Part shown: one piece after another, positions 59,088 to 64,000 of the stretch
How the letters are laid out: each line of letters begins with the position of its first letter
Position numbering within the stretch: the first letter of the stretch is position 1
Assembly (NCBI GenBank): GCA_965116495.1
Contig: OZ220696.1
Location: forward strand, 704,001-768,000
Length of the DNA: 64,000 nt
Source of the DNA: Gammaproteobacteria bacterium
Lineage (GTDB): Bacteria; Pseudomonadota; Gammaproteobacteria; Eutrophobiales; Eutrophobiaceae
Direction of reading: 5' to 3'
Translations under genes and position numbers: made by a program
Notes under the pieces: model-generated
What the model was told of the DNA's origin: nothing
Database searches by the model: none
The model's input: only the letters and a program-made list of their open reading frames with translations

Positions 59088-60182
59088 ATGACTCCCATAC
59101 AGCGCTATCAATCAGATATTGATCGGGACAGGATAATACCTGATCCAAACCAGTTGGCGGTGGTTAGGCGCGTGCAAAAATTGCACGATGAACTGGTGGC
59201 CGGGATGTCCGGCAACTCCATCAGGCGCTTCCTCGCCCGGTTTTGCCCGCGCCGTACGCAACCCGTCACGGGACTGTACCTGTGGGGGAGTGTCGGTAGA
59301 GGCAAGACTTACATCGCCGACATGTTATTTGACTGTCTGCCCTTTGAGAATAAACTGCGCGTGCATTTTCATCGTTATATGCAGTGGGTGCATGCGGAAT
59401 TAAAACAACTCCAGGACGTCGAAGCGCCACTGCGGCTGGTTGCGAATAAACTGGCCAGGGACACTGCCGTGATCTGTTTCGATGAGTTCCATGTATCCGA
59501 TATCACCGATGCAATGCTGTTAAGCGGGTTGTTCCACGAGTTGTTTGCCCGGGGTGTTACCCTGGTTGCAACTTCGAACGAACCTCCCGACAGGCTGTAT
59601 TGGGGGGGGCTGCAACGGGAAAGGTTTTTGCCGGCAATCGAACTGATCAAACGGCATACCAGTGTAGTAAGTCTTGATACCGGCGTCGATTACCGGTTGC
59701 GCTACCTGGACCAGGCCAGAATATACCACCATCCATTGAACGCGGGTAACCGGGAGAAACTGGAAGAAAGTTTCGGTAGGATTGCCCTGGAAATCGCTGA
59801 GTCGAATTCCACCATAGAAGTTGAAGGCCGGAAAATAAAAGCCATACGGCTGGCTTCCGGCGTGGTCTGGTTTGATTTCCACGAGATCTGCGACGGGCCC
59901 CGTGGCGCGGCCGATTACATAGTGATTGCCCGGCAGTTTCAAACGGTGTTTATTGAAGGCGTTGTGCAAATGGATGCTGCGGACGATGATCGAGCCAAAC
60001 GCTTTGTCACTATGGTAGATGAATTTTATGACCGTAACGTCAAGTTGATCATTACGGCGCAAGTGGCAGCCGGAGAATTGTATACCGGGAAACGCCTGGA
60101 GCCGGAGTTTGAGCGTACTGCCAGCAGACTCATCGAAATGCAATCCCATGACTATCTGGGAAGAGCCCACCTGCCGGGTTAA
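59088..60182 (+). CDS. zapE: Cell division ATPase ZapE (AFG1 family)
   Basis: GLYLWGSVGRGKT, CFDEFHVSDI, ATSN and RTASRLIEM. Confidence 0.93.
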   Translation: MTPIQRYQSDIDRDRIIPDPNQLAVVRRVQKLHDELVAGMSGNSIRRFLARFCPRRTQPVTGLYLWGSVGRGKTYIADMLFDCLPFENKLRVHFHRYMQWVHAELKQLQDVEAPLRLVANKLARDTAVICFDEFHVSDITDAMLLSGLFHELFARGVTLVATSNEPPDRLYWGGLQRERFLPAIELIKRHTSVVSLDTGVDYRLRYLDQARIYHHPLNAGNREKLEESFGRIALEIAESNSTIEVEGRKIKAIRLASGVVWFDFHEICDGPRGAADYIVIARQFQTVFIEGVVQMDAADDDRAKRFVTMVDEFYDRNVKLIITAQVAAGELYTGKRLEPEFERTASRLIEMQSHDYLGRAHLPG

Positions 60183-60201
60183 GAACTGTCGGGGGACGGA
60201 C

Positions 60202-60373
60202 CAGGGCTATCTCAAAGTCGGTATACGCCCCGCTGTCATTCCGGGCTTGATCCGGAATCCAATGAAAACGTAATTTTTTATAAACAATGAATGATTGTTT
60301 GACGGGATTCCTGCTTGTGCAGGAATGACGGGTGGGAGATTTGAAAGCGGGTAATGACTTTAAGATGTCCCTG
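60202..60373. mobile_element. 172-bp MITE, copy 2 (opposite orientation)
   Basis: Near-identical reverse complement of copy 1; flanked by GGGGACGGAC and GGGGACGGCC (10 bp, one mismatch). Confidence 0.85.
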
Positions 60374-60466
60374 GGGGACGGCCTTAAGTCCGTCCCCATT
60401 AATAAATGTTATGCTATCATGCTGTAATTTCAGGGGAACAATAACAAAATAGAGGAGATGTAGATA

Positions 60467-62515
60467 GTGTCCTATACAGCTGAAAACATTCGAAATATTG
60501 CTATTACCGGACAGAGCGGGGCAGGCAAGACGACATTGGTCGAAGCCTTGCTGCACGGCGCCGGCGCGATCAACCAGAAAGGGTCGGTGAAACGGGGAAC
60601 GACGGTGTGTGATTTCGATCCCCAGGAAAAAACACACCAGCATTCACTGGATAGTGCAATCTCAAGCCTGGATTACCACGGCAGCCACGTTAACCTCATA
60701 GATACACCGGGCTATCCTGACTTTATCGGCCGGGCGCTGGCTGTTCTCCCCGCCGTGGAAACCTGCGCTGTTGTTGTAAACGCGCAGGCCGGGGTCGAAA
60801 TGGTGACAGGCAAGATGATGGAGCAGGCCGGGGAAAGAGGAATGGACCGCCTGCTGATCGTGAATAAAATGGATGCGGAAGGTGTTGATCTCGAAGCCGT
60901 TCTGGAGCAACTGAAGGAAGCTTACGGAAGCGAGTGCCTGCCCTTGAATTTGCCGGCCGATGGCGGTGCCGAGGTAGTGGATTGTTTTTTTCAGGCTGAT
61001 GGCAAGCAGACCGATTTCCTGTCTGTTGCAGAGGCGCATGTCAATATCGTCGACCAGGTGGTCGAACTCGATGAAGAACTTATGGAGCAATACCTGGAGC
61101 AGGGGGAGGACATCAGCCCCGAGCAACTGCATGAGCCGTTTGAACTGGCCTTGCGCGAAGGTCATTTTATCCCTGTCTGCTTCGTATCGGCGGAAACGGG
61201 AGCAGGCGTGAATGAGTTACTTGAAATCTTCGCCAGATTGATGCCAAACCCGGACGAGGGTAATCCTCCTCCGGTTTTCAAGGGTACCGGTGATGCGGCG
61301 GAGCAGATCAATATCCGGCCCGATCCCGACAGGAATGTGATCGCCCATGTATTCAAAGTCCATATCGATCCGTTCGTCGGCAGGCTGGGTGTTTTCAGGA
61401 TACACCAGGGAGTCATTACCAAGGACAGCCAACTGTACATCGGTGATGCCCGCAAACCGTTCAAGGTAGGGCACCTGTTGAAACTGCAGGGCAAGGAGCA
61501 CATTGAGATAGACCGAGGTGTGCCGGGCGATATCTGCGCCGTTGCAAAGGTCGACGAAATCTATTTTGACGCGGTCTTGCATGCTTCCCACGATGAAGAC
61601 GAGGTTTACCTGCAATCAATGGATATCCCTGCCCCCATGTACGGTTTGGCCATTCAGACGAGGAGCAGGGGGGATGAGCAGAAGATATCGGATGCCTTGC
61701 ACAAACTTGAGGCGGAAGATCAGAGTTTTCTGGTCGAGCACAATGCGGCTACGAATGAAACGGTCATTCGCGGTCTGGGGGAATTCCACCTGCGCATCAT
61801 GCTGGAAAAACTGAAGGATCGGCACAACGTGGAAGTAGACACCCGACCCCCGAAAATAGCCTATAAGGAAACCATCAGTTCCAGGGCTGAAGGTCACCAC
61901 CGGCACAAGAAGCAGACAGGAGGCGCAGGTCAGTTCGGTGAAGTTTTCCTGAGGGTCGAACCGTTGTCCAGGGGCACGGGTTTTGAATTTGTCGATGCCG
62001 TAGTCGGCGGGGTTATCCCAAAGCCCCTGATACCGGCGGTGGAGAAAGGCATCAGGCAGGCGCTGGGCGGCGGCGCGTTGTCCGGTAACCCCATGCAGGA
62101 CATAAGGGTGACGGTTTATGACGGTAAACACCATCCTGTTGATTCCAAGGAAGTGGCGTTTGTCGCTGCCGGCAAGAAGGCCTTCCTCGACGCATTCCAC
62201 AAGGCCAGGCCGGTCGTGCTTGAGCCTATCGTTGACATCAATGTTACGGCGCCGAATGACGCCATGGGCGACATCAATGCGGATATATCCGGTAAACGGG
62301 GACGCATCAGCAACACGCTCGCCCTGTCGGGAGGGATGACGACGATAACTGCCAGCGTGCCGCTGGGTGAACTGGATAATTATCAGTCACAACTTAAATC
62401 CATGACCGGTGGGGTAGGATCTTATTCCCTGAGCTTCAGCCACTATGATCCGGTACCGGCGAAAACACAGAAAGAACTGATAGCCGCATACAAACCGTCG
62501 GAAGACGAGGATTAG
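60467..62515 (+). CDS. Elongation factor G-like protein (EF-G2 paralogue)
   Basis: GQSGAGKT, DTPGY, NKMD, KKQTGGAGQFG and DGKHHPVDS; not in the str operon. Confidence 0.9.
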   Translation: MSYTAENIRNIAITGQSGAGKTTLVEALLHGAGAINQKGSVKRGTTVCDFDPQEKTHQHSLDSAISSLDYHGSHVNLIDTPGYPDFIGRALAVLPAVETCAVVVNAQAGVEMVTGKMMEQAGERGMDRLLIVNKMDAEGVDLEAVLEQLKEAYGSECLPLNLPADGGAEVVDCFFQADGKQTDFLSVAEAHVNIVDQVVELDEELMEQYLEQGEDISPEQLHEPFELALREGHFIPVCFVSAETGAGVNELLEIFARLMPNPDEGNPPPVFKGTGDAAEQINIRPDPDRNVIAHVFKVHIDPFVGRLGVFRIHQGVITKDSQLYIGDARKPFKVGHLLKLQGKEHIEIDRGVPGDICAVAKVDEIYFDAVLHASHDEDEVYLQSMDIPAPMYGLAIQTRSRGDEQKISDALHKLEAEDQSFLVEHNAATNETVIRGLGEFHLRIMLEKLKDRHNVEVDTRPPKIAYKETISSRAEGHHRHKKQTGGAGQFGEVFLRVEPLSRGTGFEFVDAVVGGVIPKPLIPAVEKGIRQALGGGALSGNPMQDIRVTVYDGKHHPVDSKEVAFVAAGKKAFLDAFHKARPVVLEPIVDINVTAPNDAMGDINADISGKRGRISNTLALSGGMTTITASVPLGELDNYQSQLKSMTGGVGSYSLSFSHYDPVPAKTQKELIAAYKPSEDED

Positions 62516-62539
62516 CTGGCGCCGGGGCGGAGAACTACA

Positions 62540-62562
62540 GGGACAGAACTCAATTCTGTCCC
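62540..62562. repeat. GGGAC-type REP-like hairpin
   Basis: GGGACAGAA-CTCAA-TTCTGTCCC downstream of the EF-G paralogue. Confidence 0.45.
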
Positions 62563-62709
62563 CGGGCCGTGCCGGTATCGATACGCCGGAATTCAAATAT
62601 ATTTATATCTATATGTAATATATATAGTCAAATTAAGCACTATTCCGTATAAGCCTTACCTGCTATCCTCTCCAACCTGATTATATATGACAGGTTGTTG
62701 ACAAGTCCC

Positions 62710-64000
62710 ATGTACCAGTATGATCACTACGATCAACAGATTGTAGACGAGCGTGTAGCCTCGTTCCGCGATCAGACCGTGCGTTTTATGTCCGGCGAGC
62801 TTAGCGAAGATGAGTATCGCCCGTTGCGTCTGATGAATGGACTGTACATCCAGAGGCACGCGCCGATGCTGCGGGTGTCGATTCCCTATGGATTGCTGTC
62901 TGCCGCACAGTTGCGAATGCTGGCGCATATTGCAGAGAAGTATGACAAGGGTTACGGTCATTTCAGCACCCGGCAGAATATTCAGTTCAACTGGCCCAGG
63001 CTGGAAACCGTGCCGGATATACTGGCTGACCTGGCCACTGTGCAGATGCATGCGATTCAGACCAGCGGCAATTGCATCCGCAATATCACCTCGGATCATT
63101 TTGCCGGGATTGCCGAGGATGAACTGGAGGACCCGCGGCCTTATTGTGAAATCATTCGACAATGGTCCACATTTCACCCTGAGTTCTCTTTTCTGCCGCG
63201 CAAGTTCAAAATTGCCGTATCGGGCGCTGAGAATGACCGGGCCGCGGTCCGGATCCATGACATCGGCATCTACCTGGTCAGCAACTCCAGGGGTGAAACA
63301 GGTTGTAAGATACTCGTAGGAGGAGGACTGGGACGTACGCCGTTCATAGGCGTATGCATACGCGAATTTCTGGAGAAACGGCACCTCCTGTCTTACCTGG
63401 AAGCGATTCTGCGGGTTTACAACCAGTTGGGACGACGCGACAACATGCACAAGGCAAGGATAAAAATCCTGGTCAACGCGGTAGGTGCGGAAAAGTTTAC
63501 CGACATGGTCGAGACAGAATGGCGCCGTATCAAGGACTCGGTTTTATTGCTGGACCAGGCCGAGATCGACCGGGTCAAAGGCTTTTTCACCGAACCGGAT
63601 TTTGATACGAACGCTGCCACTGATACAACGTTTGCCAGGCGCCTGACATTACAAAAAGACTTTAGTACATGGGTGCAGCGTAACGTCAAGGCTCATAAGG
63701 CGCCGGGCTATCGCGCTGTTTACCTGTCTCTCAAGCACCCTGCCAGCGCGCCCGGCGATGCAACGGCCGAACAGATGAACTTTATCGCCGAACTGGCGGA
63801 CAAGTACAGCCACTCCGAAATAAGAGTGACACATGATCAGAACCTGGTCCTTCCCCACGTCAGGCAGACTGACCTGTATCCACTCTGGAATGCGTTGAAA
63901 GGGGAGCGGCTGGCCACCCCCAATATCGGGCTGTTGACCGACATGATTTGCTGTCCGGGACTGGATTTCTGTAACCTGGCCAATGCCGGCTCCATAGATA
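62710..64000 (+). CDS. cysI: Sulfite/nitrite reductase hemoprotein (CysI-type), runs off window edge
   Basis: MYQYDHYDQQIVDERV, RLMNGLYIQRHAPMLRV, HFSTRQNIQ, LPRKFKI and CCPGLDFCNLA. Confidence 0.88.
   Translation, partial: MYQYDHYDQQIVDERVASFRDQTVRFMSGELSEDEYRPLRLMNGLYIQRHAPMLRVSIPYGLLSAAQLRMLAHIAEKYDKGYGHFSTRQNIQFNWPRLETVPDILADLATVQMHAIQTSGNCIRNITSDHFAGIAEDELEDPRPYCEIIRQWSTFHPEFSFLPRKFKIAVSGAENDRAAVRIHDIGIYLVSNSRGETGCKILVGGGLGRTPFIGVCIREFLEKRHLLSYLEAILRVYNQLGRRDNMHKARIKILVNAVGAEKFTDMVETEWRRIKDSVLLLDQAEIDRVKGFFTEPDFDTNAATDTTFARRLTLQKDFSTWVQRNVKAHKAPGYRAVYLSLKHPASAPGDATAEQMNFIAELADKYSHSEIRVTHDQNLVLPHVRQTDLYPLWNALKGERLATPNIGLLTDMICCPGLDFCNLANAGSID

Noticed and set aside
57992-60373. Composite transposon carrying the peptidase and zapE
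   Set aside because: Each MITE has its own distinct target duplication, so they inserted independently; the enclosed genes are housekeeping-type.

Overview
This is a gammaproteobacterial chromosomal segment; the hflX-hflK-hflC-DUF2065-hisZ-purA-tRNA-Leu-rnr-rlmB core block lies at 46-55.5 kb. Upstream is about 46 kb of accessory catabolic genes, apparently for amines, N-heterocycles and aromatics. These include exported amidohydrolases, a spermidine-dehydrogenase-like/aminotransferase pair, two NRAMP-fold transporters lacking the metal motif, a TonB receptor, a fused hydantoinase/oxoprolinase, two xanthine-dehydrogenase-family clusters, a Tat flavoprotein with cytochrome c, a BaeSR-like pair, and VapBC. 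Downstream are a CarAa/OxoO-like Rieske oxygenase, zapE, an EF-G paralogue and the start of cysI. Several features are not visible in the ORF track: (i) three consecutive 'hollowed-out' genes at 16.7-17.9 kb that keep their starts and stops but have lost their middles, and a deletion junction at ~1.18 kb; (ii) two 172-bp MITEs with ISAs1-type CAGGG ends and 10-bp target duplications; (iii) REPIN-like hairpins with staggered partial copies; (iv) inverted heptamer arrays. All calls come from motif recognition by eye; no database search was run.
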